Assembly (NCBI GenBank): GCA_020137815.1
Contig: CM035352.1
Span: 2,728,001 to 2,792,000, forward strand
Direction of reading: 5' to 3'
Length of the DNA: 64,000 bases
Source: Hormiphora californensis
Taxonomy: Eukaryota; Animalia; Ctenophora
Shown here piece after piece: positions 53,481 through 64,000 of this stretch (positions are counted from its first letter, which is position 1; every line of letters starts with the position of its first letter). The notes under the pieces were generated by a model. The model was not told the DNA's origin and made no database searches. It saw only the letters and a list, made by a program, of their open reading frames with translations. The position numbers and the translations under genes are program-made.

Positions 53481-56400
53481 ATGCATATCGAACACGGGGA
53501 AGAAGACGCCCTCATGAATCATTCATACACATACACAATCACTGATGACAACAACTCAACATTCCGGGTTCATGGACTCAAAAACTCTGTCCCTAAAATC
53601 ATCTTGACAGCCTTCTTAACGCTTCTTTCTGGTGGTGGACTACTCCTGGTGATGCACTGGTACCCTAACGTTGAAGTTATCTTGACTAAAAAGAAGGCAA
53701 AACTGAGAGAAGCAACCTATGTCCACGTACAATCTACTGTCACTGAAATTCAGGGGGTATCCAAAATCAGGCAAACTGAGGAAGGGCGGAACTTTACTTT
53801 CCAATACCTCAAGTATCAATGGAATGATGAACAATTTAACAGTATCAGGGGGCTAGAAAATCTTTATTATTCGGATATCCACGCCATGAGCAGCGGACTG
53901 ATCCAGGAGGTCCTATCTTTTAAGTTGTTACGATACGGTTACAACATTATTGACGTCCCAATCCCCTCGTACATCAAACTATTTTTCAAAGAGATCATCC
54001 AGCCGTTTTACATCTTCCAGATATTTGCGGTGGCTCTCTGGATGTGGGATGACTACAGACTGTACGCCACTGCCATCATCATCATCTCTCTAGTTTCAAT
54101 TGGCATCACTATTGTGGAGCAGAGAGGACAGAACAAGAAGATACACGATATGGCAGCCTCGTCCATTGATGTACATGTGTTGAGAGATGGTATTGAGACT
54201 GTTCTTCCTTCAAGTGAGCTGGTGCCGGGAGATGCCCTCCTTATACCTCGGGAGGGACTACTGCTGTGCTGTGATGCTGTCCTGGTGTCTGGGTCTGCCA
54301 TTGTGAATGAATGTGCTTTAACTGGAGAGAGTGTACCGGTAACTAAAGCCCCTATCCCCTACATTTCCAAGTATGTATATGAGGAAGGAGGAAACTCGGA
54401 GAGTAAGAGTGAGTTTAAAGTGACTGAAGACAAAATTTACGATTCAGCCGCGGATAAGAAGTTCTCACTTTACTCCGGGACTGCAGTGATCCAGAGCAAG
54501 CCTGGTTCTGGTGATAACTCTGTGGCTATTGTAATTAGAACGGGTTTCAACACATTCAAAGGCTCCCTCATTCGGTCCATCCTGTGCCCGAAACCGATCA
54601 AGTTTGATTTTGAGACGGATGCTAAACGGTTCATCACCATGTTATCCTTCTTCGCTGCTTGTGGGTTCATCTATACTGCATACATTTCCCTCAAGTTGGG
54701 TGGTTCAATTGGTAAGACCCTGAGGTTGGGTTTAGACCTGGTAACTGTGGTTGTTCCCCCTGCGCTCCCTGCTGCCCTGACCATTGGAGTTTTGTATGCT
54801 GTCCAACGACTCAAATCCTATAAGATCTTCTGCATTGAACCCCAGCGGATTAACTTCTGTGGGAAGATCCAGTACATCTGTTTTGATAAAACAGGAACAC
54901 TCACAGAGGACGGGTTGACGGTTCTCTCCGCCATTCCGAGTACAGAGAAGGGGTTTAGTGAGCCAGTAACAACAGGGGAAGGCCTATCCCAGCACCAACT
55001 CCTCCAATCAGCGCTAGCAAGTTGTCACGAGATCAGCACGATCAAAGGAGAGTTGGTAGGGGATCCTCTAGATGTGGAGATGTTCAAGTTTACTGGCTGG
55101 GAGATTGATGATGATGGTGATGTTGTGGTTGCCATGGTTAAACCACGCTCCTCACCAAGTGTTTACAGTAACCCTGAATTGGTGTCTGAGGATCCTGAGA
55201 TTGGAATTATCCGAGCTTTTCCCTTCACATCCGACCTGCAGCGAATGTCAGTTGTTTGCAAGGACCTGAATGGAGGAGATGACCTGGTTGTGTTTTGTAA
55301 AGGATCCCCTGAAATGATCGCCTCCCTTTCCTCCCCTGACTCAATCCCAGCTGACTTCGAGGAGACTCTTCTCTCTTATACCTCTGAGGGGTTCCGAGTG
55401 ATCGCATTTGCCTGGAAGCCCCTGGACATGCCTTGGCACAGCGTCCAGACGATGCCTCGTAGCGGAGCGGAGTGTGGCCTCCAGTTCATAGGACTGCTTG
55501 TGATGGAGAATCATTTGAAGGAAGATACCACTCAGTGCATCACAGAGTTGTCGCTTAGCAACACCCAGGTCTGCATGGTTACCGGGGATAACATTCTCAC
55601 AGCGATAACTGTGGGTAAAAAGTGTGGTATAATACCATCTGTAAACCATGATGTGATCCTAATGAAACCAGCCAACCGGGAGGGTAGAGGGGTGGCATTA
55701 CAGTTGGACTTCAGGGAGGATAGCTCAGTGGTATTATCTGATTGTTACACTGTTCAAGAGGTAGTGGAGGTACTGAACCAACTCAGTTCCAAACAGCATG
55801 TATTTGCAGTAGTCTTCAGCGGCATTTACCTCTCATCTCAACCTTCCATCCCATCCTGTATGATCTCCTGCTCACCAGGGGTAAGATATTTGCACGGATG
55901 AAGCCGGGTCAGAAGCAGCAGCTAGTTGAAGATCTCCAGAAACTGGGCTACATAGTTTCCATGTGTGGGGATGGGGCTAATGACTGTGGAGCCCTCAAGG
56001 CATCATCACGCAGGAGTTAGTTTATCTGAGGCTGAGGCGTCCATTGCAGCACCCTTCACCTCCACCACCCCTTCCATATCGTGCATGTTAGAGGTGTTGA
56101 GACAGGGTAGGGCAGCCCTTGTAACGGCCTCTGTCACATTCCGATTCATGGCCATGTACTCCATGATCCAGTTCATATCGGTGCTCCTCCATTACTCCTT
56201 TGGATCCAACTTGACTGACTCCCAGTTTCTCTTTATTGACCTGTTTGTGATTAGCGGGATAGCTGCCACCCTGGGACGGAGCCAGCCAGCGAGGGAGTTA
56301 GCACCCACTACACCCCAGTCCCAACTTGTGGACTTGAGGGTCTTTGTGCTCCTTGTATCACACGTCATCCTTACTGGTGCTGTACAGGTAAACTATAAAT

Positions 56401-57968
56401 GTGCACTGATTTCACCCCTTTCTAACTATCTCCTGCCACTTTGCCCCATTAAGCCCTAGCCCTCCCATTTAAACCTAGCCCTCCCATTTACACCTAGCCC
56501 TACTTTTCGAAGAGTCCCACCCTGCTGACAAGCTAAGTAATGGAGGGTGGGACACTTTAAAAAATCTGATCTATCGCCAATTTCCTACAGCTGTCTCTGT
56601 TGCAATATTTGAAATCCCAGCCGTTCTTTACGCCCTTTTCACCAAACGATGAGCTTAAGGAGGGAGCTTGCTTTGAAAACACCGCCCTTTTTACTATCTC
56701 TGGATTTCAATATGCCCTATACGGCCTTGTACTTATGAAGGGAGCTCCCCACCGAATGTAAGTACTTGTATTTCAGTATTGTGCGATGCGCTATGTGGAG
56801 GCCCTGCCTTGGTATGTACCATACATACCCCCTCCAAACCTCCGACCACTGCCCTGTATGGACAACACTGGTATTTTTGTATTGTCCCAGTATCAGTACA
56901 GTCTATATGGTTTAGTGCTGAATTCAGGCCCACCATTTAGAGAGTAAGTGTTGTACAAACCGGCCTAATGAACAAAGCGAGATGTATAACCACATGGGAT
57001 AATGTTATAAAGTGTACAATTTAGCATGAAACTCCATAGTCGTGAATTAAAACGACATTTTAAACAAAAAAATAATTTAGTGAGACAACTATGACAATTC
57101 AACTAATTTATAGTACTAGCTACCACCACTCAGCCGCCGTTAACTCAACATTATCCCCTTCAGGCCCGTTTACAAAAACTGGTTGTTCCTGATAGTGTAT
57201 TGTAACATGCACTGTCATGACTGGTCTATTCATCTTCCAGCCCTTTCCCTTGGCTTACTCGGCCTCATGAACCTGGTCTCTTTTGAAACCTTCTCTGTAC
57301 AGGTACATTCTTGTTATGTGTTCTAACCATCCCTCGACCCTCACGGGGCGTAGTGAGAGAGTGTCGAACAAGACAAGTACATACATCCAGTGTGTTGCGT
57401 GCTTGTAACCTGAACTTGACTTAAACTCCATTTCTCTGTCCTCAGATAACGTTTGTGATGGGGGTTACTATCAACTTGCTACTGGCTGCCATTATAGAGA
57501 TGGTGTTCAGCGGCCGTACAATCACAAGGTAGGTGGTGATGTACAAAACACAAATATGGGACTTCTTGAGAGCGTGGGGTTGGAGAGAGAGTTTAGTTGC
57601 TAAGTAACCACTGACCTGCTCACTTGTTTTGTGAGTGTGGATGCTGGTCCCCCAGTGTAATTGTATCAGTAGCACCAGATAAGGGGGGGGGGGGGACACG
57701 CGAGAGCTGCTGCACTAGACACACATTTATCCGCCCCATATTCATTCAAAATGTGACAATTTATAATTCCACAAAGAAAATATCCTCAAAATCACATCAT
57801 GGGGTGATCATATTGGGATTATTGTATTTCTGAAATAACAGTTTGTCCCCGAATAGGTTTTTGGAAAATGTCCGGTTCTTTAGCCGACCGAAGGCCCGGT
57901 ACATCCAGATCCAAGATCAATGGGGAGCTGCTTACAGTGATTTTACCTCTAAAAACTTCTACAAATAA
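53481..57968 (+). CDS. P5B-type ATPase (ATP13A2/3-like polyamine transporter); very long first exon (~53481-56387) with two apparent frameshifts (~55820, ~56000), then four short exons
   Basis: [21 protein letters not shown] (P5B signature), [48 protein letters not shown]. Confidence 0.92.
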
Positions 57969-59345
57969 CAGCGTTTACTGTTGAACTGCTCCTTTTCCTT
58001 ACGATGTATGGAAAAGAGGATCTTATCTCATATCTGTATTGACTACTGAGCGAGTCAAGAGATAGACAATTTAGTAGTGTGTAGTGGATCTGCCGTGATA
58101 GAATATTATGACATTATTCGTGCTTTTTACTCGATATTTCTATCATTTACATGGGTTACTGTAAATCTCTTTCTAATGATCAGAAGTTTACCAGATTTTG
58201 TGATTAAATTATTGTATGTAAAGTTGATTATTTAAACCGAAAAATTCTGAGATTATTTTAGAAAATATTAGCCAATTTAAATTAATTATTTTTCTCTAAA
58301 AATTTTGTGTTTTACTGTTTGCATATTATATGATTTATACTTTTCCCTTCTCAGCGGATGACCAAAAAAGGGAAGGTTAACTATCTAATACCCAGCTATC
58401 TGCTGCAGTAACACAGATCCCCTTCAGGCCCGTTTATCACAACTGGTTGTCCCAGATAGATTTATAACATGCACTGTCCTGACTGCTGACTGGTCTATTC
58501 ATCTTTCAGCCATCTTTCTGGCTTACCAACCTCATGAACCTGGTCTCTTTTGAAACCTTCTCTTTACAGGTACACAGACATAACTTTTGATATAGTTCGC
58601 GAACGTTCGTGCATTTAGTCAAAACCTTATTTTACTTCGAGTGTCGCTCTCTTTATTGGCTTGCTCTATCCTTCCTGCTCTCTGCTTTCTGCTCTCTCTC
58701 TGCTTCCCTCTCTTTATTTCTATATCTATATCTCAGATAACGTGCGTCATGGGTGTTACTATTAACTCAATCCTGGCAGCCATTATAGAGATGTTGTTCA
58801 CCGGACGGTTAATCACAAGGTAAGCGGGAGGGGGATCACGTCATAAAATCACGTAGTGGCTAGAGGGGTGTACAAAAATATAAATCTAGCTTTCTATATA
58901 CCCGTCTGGTTCATTTGTTCAGCCCAGAGAGAATGATAAAAACTCTGATAATCATAGCTTTCTATCACCATGAAATTTTGAGCCAGGGGAGGTGGTGATT
59001 GCAGTGAGGTTTGACTTTTTATATAGAGTGGTGCTGTATGATTTGAGAATCTCAAGACCCTTCATCGGGCGAGAGAGAGTTTGCTGCAGTAGGAGTTTGG
59101 TTGCTAAGTGACCCGCTCAGCCGTTTTGTGAATGTAATTGTATCAGCAGCACCAGATAAGGGGGAACACTAGACGCACATTTATCCGCCCCATATATTTA
59201 CAACGTGACAATAAACCCGTTGTTTTCCCAGGTTCCTAGATAATGTCCCAAACTTTAGCCGACCAAAGGCCCGCTACCTCCAGACCCAAGATCAATGGGA
59301 CGCAGTATACCGTACAATTTCTACAAATAACACTTGCACGTAATA

Positions 59346-59736
59346 TTGGTATCGAAGATGTTAATATGGTGGTGAGGGTTCGCAGAAGGAAGGTGTTAGG
59401 AAGGTGGACCAATGGAAACACGGTAGATAACGGGTGGGTATAACAAAATAGACGGAATAGGTAGTACAACGTTATGGTAGTTTGATATTGGGAATCTGAC
59501 AAAGTGCTTGTCATCTCAAAACTCATTCGATCTTCACAAAAAGCACGTGCACGCACTCGATATGCTCTTATCGAGTGCGCCCCTTATAAGGTCATTAGGT
59601 CACACACTAAAGATCTGCTCGCACGTTACGTCCGGTAGGCGGTAACGCAAACAATTGCGACAGTGTGTCCCACAGAACAAAACACTCATGACATACAGCT
59701 CATGACAGAAGACACCTTCGCGGCCTTCGTTACCAA
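59346..59736. mobile_element. 391-bp non-autonomous DNA transposon with 9-bp TSD (Mutator- or Merlin-like)
   Basis: TIR TTGGTATCGAAG vs CTTCGTTACCAA (11/12 match); CACGTAATA at 59337-59345 and 59737-59745; absent from the parental copy. Confidence 0.7.
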
Positions 59737-60095
59737 CACGTAATATAGGGTCTGAGTGAATCAAGGGAGGGAAATAATGAGATAATTACTGGTGTAGTGG
59801 ATTTGAAATGACATATCATATGCATGCTTTTTACTCAAGAAGACGAAAAGAAAAAAGAAGAAAATAAAAACAGGAAAAGACAGAAAAAAAGAAAAAAAAA
59901 AAGAAGGGAACGGGTTGATTCGTACCCCTTCATGTGAACCGTTTATTTTGGAGCAAATTGTTCCGAAAGGTATTTTTCCAAATTGGAGTTTAAGTGATTT
60001 TGTGATTTTGACTTTTTGTGATTAAATTATTGTTTTTTAAGTTGATTATTTGAACCGAAAAATGGTGACTTTGTTTTATAAAATGTTTTAAATTA

Positions 60096-60849
60096 GGGTA
60101 AGCTGGGGTAAAATGGCCCATTTTTTAACGTTTTAGGTTCTAAAATACGCAATTTATACAGCAGGAAGAAAAAAATTATATAGGCTATCCAATGAAACCT
60201 TTTCCTTTCAGCCGAGCTAAATTTTAAAATCTACAAGTTTTATTTAATGGGTTAATTAATCAATTCAAATAATTTGGTGAGGCGTTTTTTGGAAAATTTG
60301 CACCTGGGCAAAGTGGCCCAAGCCAATAGCATTGCTCGATTTTATCACGTGCCTGGTGTTGTTAGACGAAACGATCAAACTAGGGGCAAAGTGGCCCATG
60401 TTCTGCACCGGAACATGGGCCACTTTGCCCCTAATTTGATCGTCTGTACTACATTTTTGTGCATTCCAATGTCACGTGGTATTGCAGGCGCCATTTCATT
60501 GGTCCTAGAGGTGGGCCACTTTGCCCCAGACCGGACCACTTTGCCCCGGAGAGTGGGCCATATTTGCCCCGATTTCACTAAATTGACAATTAAGACAACA
60601 AAAATGCCAATTTCTTCAAAAATTTTTATACCACGTTTTAGAGAATTATAAAGCCTAACTGGCAGTTTTTGCAAAATTAAAATCGGCCAACCCAAACAGA
60701 AATGACAGCAGTTTTAAAGCGAAAATTCGGAACAGAACGAGCAGGTCTCCGCTGGAGAAAAAGTCACGTGACCACATGTAATAACTAGGGCCACTTTGCC
60801 CCATACATGGGCCACTTTACCCCACGGGCCATTTTACCCCAGCTTACCC
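60096..60849. mobile_element. MITE with GGG...CCC termini and TA TSD
   Basis: 24-bp TIR GGGTAAGCTGGGGTAAAATGGCCC; many internal gggccactttgcccc motifs. The empty site tttaaattaattat is seen in the parental copy at ~58276. Confidence 0.88.
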
Positions 60850-60941
60850 TAATTATCTTTCTTTAAACAAGTTGCGTTTTCATTTTCATAACATAATGAT
60901 TCATGTTATCTCTAATTGTCTCTAATTTCTCTTCTTATAGG

Positions 60942-63861
60942 ATGACAAAGAAAGGGAAAGGTGTCAATGTCAGCAAACCACATTACACTGGAACATCTAA
61001 TATAGCCTCTAAAAAGTAACCAATCTTGTTTTATTGTAAATTCAGATTCATTCACAAAATTTAGTTCTGCGAGAACTGATTTCCATAATTATATCCCAGC
61101 TAATACTTGACTTGCTCGACCCTCTTTCCATGAAAAGGAGGGTTAGAACAAGCTAATATATCTTCTCTCCTGACAGGTCTGCTACACCTGACTGTCCTCC
61201 TCCGCCACCTGCTGCTGCTGCTGCAGTTACCACTCCTCCAGTCCCCAGCTCCCCCGGACCCCCACCCGGGGAGATTGCTAAAGACTTTGAGTTGTTAGCA
61301 TTCCTGGTTTGCTTTATTACCTTACACAACATAACAGTACATAATGGGGTAGGTAATGGGGTTTGTAGTACCATTCAGTAAAAGGGAAATTGAGAACCCG
61401 TTTAGTAGTTTGAGTTGGTCACGAAATGACTCCTCACTCACTCTGAGGGGCCTGATTTGTGCCTTCTCCTTATCTTATCTCATTTCAGCACTGGCATAGT
61501 GTTAACAAGGAGATGCTATTGATTTCCCTGACTGTACTGTCCTACAAACCAATACTAGCACTCACAACTCTTGTAAGTTCAGTCTATCCTACATTTAGAT
61601 TACTCTGGCTCATGCAACTCTGGCTCATAGAATCTATGAGCCAGAATTGTAGGTCACCCCCTCACTTGTGCCGCAATTCTCTGTGTGTAACTTTCCCATG
61701 ACACTGTATACCACGGAGCACTTTAACTGTACTAACACCAATAACTTTGCAGTTCAAAAGTGGTCTAATGAGAGGGATCAGTAATGTATTGGTAAAGGCA
61801 GTGTTTGTTGTGATAGTTGGGGGAACTCTCTACTCTATTCTACCGCAAGTTCTCGAACCAGGAGCCGCTACCATGATTCCATTGTGAGTTTAGAATGTTT
61901 GTACCCCCGCTCTGAGATCCCCATTATAATACTGGCCTTATCCGACCCTCCTTCCCCGCGCCCCGGGTTTGAACAAAACAAACAATAACCGAGGAAGCAT
62001 ATTATGCCGCATGAGAGAAGTCATAATAAGTTACATCATAGCCAAAAATGTATTTCTGTCGGCCTCGTTTAATTTTCTTGGTTTCTTCTTTAACAGTCCA
62101 TATGTTCCATCCAGTAAAGTCCATTTTTATTCAACTGTTCACCCCTCAACTCGTGCGCGTGCGATATTTTAATTTACGCTGCGCGCGCTACACGTTAACA
62201 TGTGATAAACGCGCAAAACAATTCCGCGCACGACTTTGGGGGGTGAACAGTTGAAAAAAAATGGACTTTATCCACAAAATGGCAAAATGTGTAATATCAA
62301 ATATCATTGACGTTTGCTTTCCTTTTCTCAAGACAGCAGAATTCGATCTGTGCGTAACGCGCGGGGTGTCATTGGTAGGGGTAGTGGCGCGCAAGTCGGA
62401 AAACCATCTCCCGGAGTCCCCCATCTTACCGGTACCTGTTGTTCTGGTTTATATATTTAGCCATGGTGCTATCTCATTAGGGAGTGGGTGTAGACACACC
62501 TCTGTCCAGCTGCGAGAGAAGGTTCCTACTTGTAAGTTCCTAGGAATTTATAACCTTACACGTCGCACCAAGAAAATAGTAGGTATGTGTTTGCCTGAGC
62601 ACATAAGCTATAAGCATATCTCAATCCTCCACATATTTTAAACCCCCTTTATTTCAGCGTCACTCTGGTGTTCCTGATGTCAGATAAACCCGCTGCCTTC
62701 ATTGTGCCTCCCATTTCAAAAGGAGCTGGGGCCGAGGAGCTGCGGACACATGTTGACTCCCTAACTAGCCAACTAATCAAGAGACTTGAAAGAGTGGTGG
62801 TCTACTTCATGTGCATCAACTTTATTGGCCTTTACCTACCCTTTCTATTTGATAAACCTACTACTATTGCCAAGAGTAGCAGTTGTGTTGGAACACAGAG
62901 AATAGCTGCTATTATCCACCTTGCTGTTTTACTAATATCCCAGGTAAAACATGCATGTTATTAGTCGCCTGACACTGTGTTCGTGCTCCCTCTAACATAG
63001 AAAGAAAGTATGAGCAATTCAAATTATTCGGGGTCGAACGTAGCAAATTCTTGAGCCTTGAGTCAACCCCTTGACACCCCCTCTCATCCCCGGCCCTTGT
63101 ATTGAGTAGCTTCCTCCTCTCCTTTCACCCTTCCTCCATCAGGTATTCACTGTTGATCTAGTTATGGGGCTACACGAGGCATCCCTCAGTATTGGAAGGT
63201 GGCAGACTGCAGTAGTCTCAACTGGCAGTAACTCTAACATACCCGAGTAAGTTACTTGTTTTACCCCTTCAAACATATGATGCCAGATGTCCTCCTACGA
63301 CTCCTACGTCTCACTACTGACTTCATTCATGTTCATACATAGTATGACAACCTATAAAGACCTAATTCCCCTCCTAATTAGTAATCCCCCTCCTAATCCC
63401 CAGGTGGAAGGAAGGAACACAATACGAGGAGGGAAGTGTTGTGCGACACAGGGACACAACCTACCTAGCCAGTTCACCAAGTCTCACATCTGCCCACCCC
63501 GAAAGCAACAGTCAAGTCGTGATCTATAGTTTTTTCTGCAAACCGTTCCGTGTACTGAAAATACTGACACTCATTGAAGGTACACATAATGGAGTAATAA
63601 GATATTTCCCATATCCTTGCTTGACGACATAGCTGTTTGATGACTGGGCCCAGTCCACCTCTCTACAAATTCAACTTCTTCTAACCCCAAAACTATCTTT
63701 CAGCTGTAGTAGTGGTGGTACTATTCTACCAGTGTTTATCTCTACACTATTACCAGCAATTCCTGCCCACTGCCTTCATCATATTCCTACACCTTGATAC
63801 CATCTTCTCTCTAGCCCGAACTGCCAAATTGATTTACACCGAGAAGTCCAAAAACAATTAG
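60942..63861 (+). CDS. TMEM39-like ER membrane protein, ~9 exons; one probable frameshift in the 62461-62531 exon
   Basis: AEELRTHVDSLTSQLIKRLERVV, LHEASLSIGRWQ, WKEGTQYEEGSVVRHRDTTYLA and FFCKPFRVLKILTLIE parallel recalled TMEM39A motifs (LHKSAAHLGKWQ, WPQGVLVRH, FLFHRPLRLL). Confidence 0.7.
62117..62266. repeat. Inverted repeat inside a ~500-bp intronic, probably transposon-derived insert (~61930-62430)
   Basis: taaagtccatttttattcaactgttcacccc...cgtgcgcg vs cgcgcacg...gggtgaacagttgaaaaaaatggacttta. Confidence 0.7.
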
Positions 63862-64000
63862 GCTCTTCTGTCTGTGGTATCGACAAGGGACATTGCTACC
63901 ATTTTTATCATTATCAATATGTGTTATTTGCTCTTGGGGTTCATTTGTTTCATAATATTGCGATATTTATTAATAGTGTTTTAAAGTAAGTTCTCATGTT

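Larger units (their letters stand above)
58415..60965 (+). pseudogene. Decayed tandem duplicate of ~57155-58380 (last three ATP13A exons, 3' region and TMEM39 start)
   Basis: cccttcaggcccgttta at ~57157 and ~58420; cagataacg..atggg at 57442 and 58734; tttagccgacc.aaggccc at ~57879 and ~59254; ggatgac.aa.aaaggga at 58356 and 60940. The copy has indels and two insertions. Confidence 0.85.

Noticed and set aside
55800-56020. Programmed frameshifting or pseudogenisation in ATP13A (also NT5DC1 ~41595, TMEM39 ~62490)
   Set aside because: Catalytic motifs are intact on both sides and no slippery-site/structure pattern is evident; indel errors are more parsimonious.

Overview
Eukaryotic (animal) genomic DNA with compact GT-AG introns, abundant (GA)n microsatellites and many non-autonomous DNA transposons; no prokaryotic systems, rRNA, tRNA or CRISPR were seen. 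It is probably a ctenophore (Pleurobrachia-like). This is an inference from gene compactness and from a ~105-bp MITE at 33086-33190 that I recall from Pleurobrachia sequence; it is unverified. Left to right: a 2.9-kb fold-back palindrome built on a 30-bp minisatellite; a gene-poor GA-rich region largely explained by two very long 5' introns of a Lin28-like gene (9111-20421); a bublin/C9orf16-like gene; a small acidic orphan; two head-to-head intronless C2H2 zinc-finger genes sharing an inverted 5' duplication; a VAP-like gene; an orphan membrane protein; a hAT MITE; an equilibrative nucleoside transporter; nested fold-back MITEs; co-oriented NT5DC1-like, BolA and LSD1/KDM1A genes; FSIP1-like; a P5B ATPase (ATP13A) followed by a decayed duplicate of its 3' end carrying two MITEs; and a TMEM39-like gene. 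The most interesting signals are: (1) an ENT intron that starts with ~28 tandem 34-bp units, each reading GT..AG plus an in-frame 18-nt SPPSDE cassette, a possible combinatorial micro-exon array; (2) unpaired 3' splice acceptors just upstream of almost every start codon, plus 170-410-bp gaps between co-oriented genes, suggesting SL trans-splicing and possible operons; (3) the Lin28 architecture; (4) the inverted zinc-finger pair. Several stretches look like poor long-read consensus, so scattered frameshifts may be sequencing errors. Exon coordinates were read by eye.
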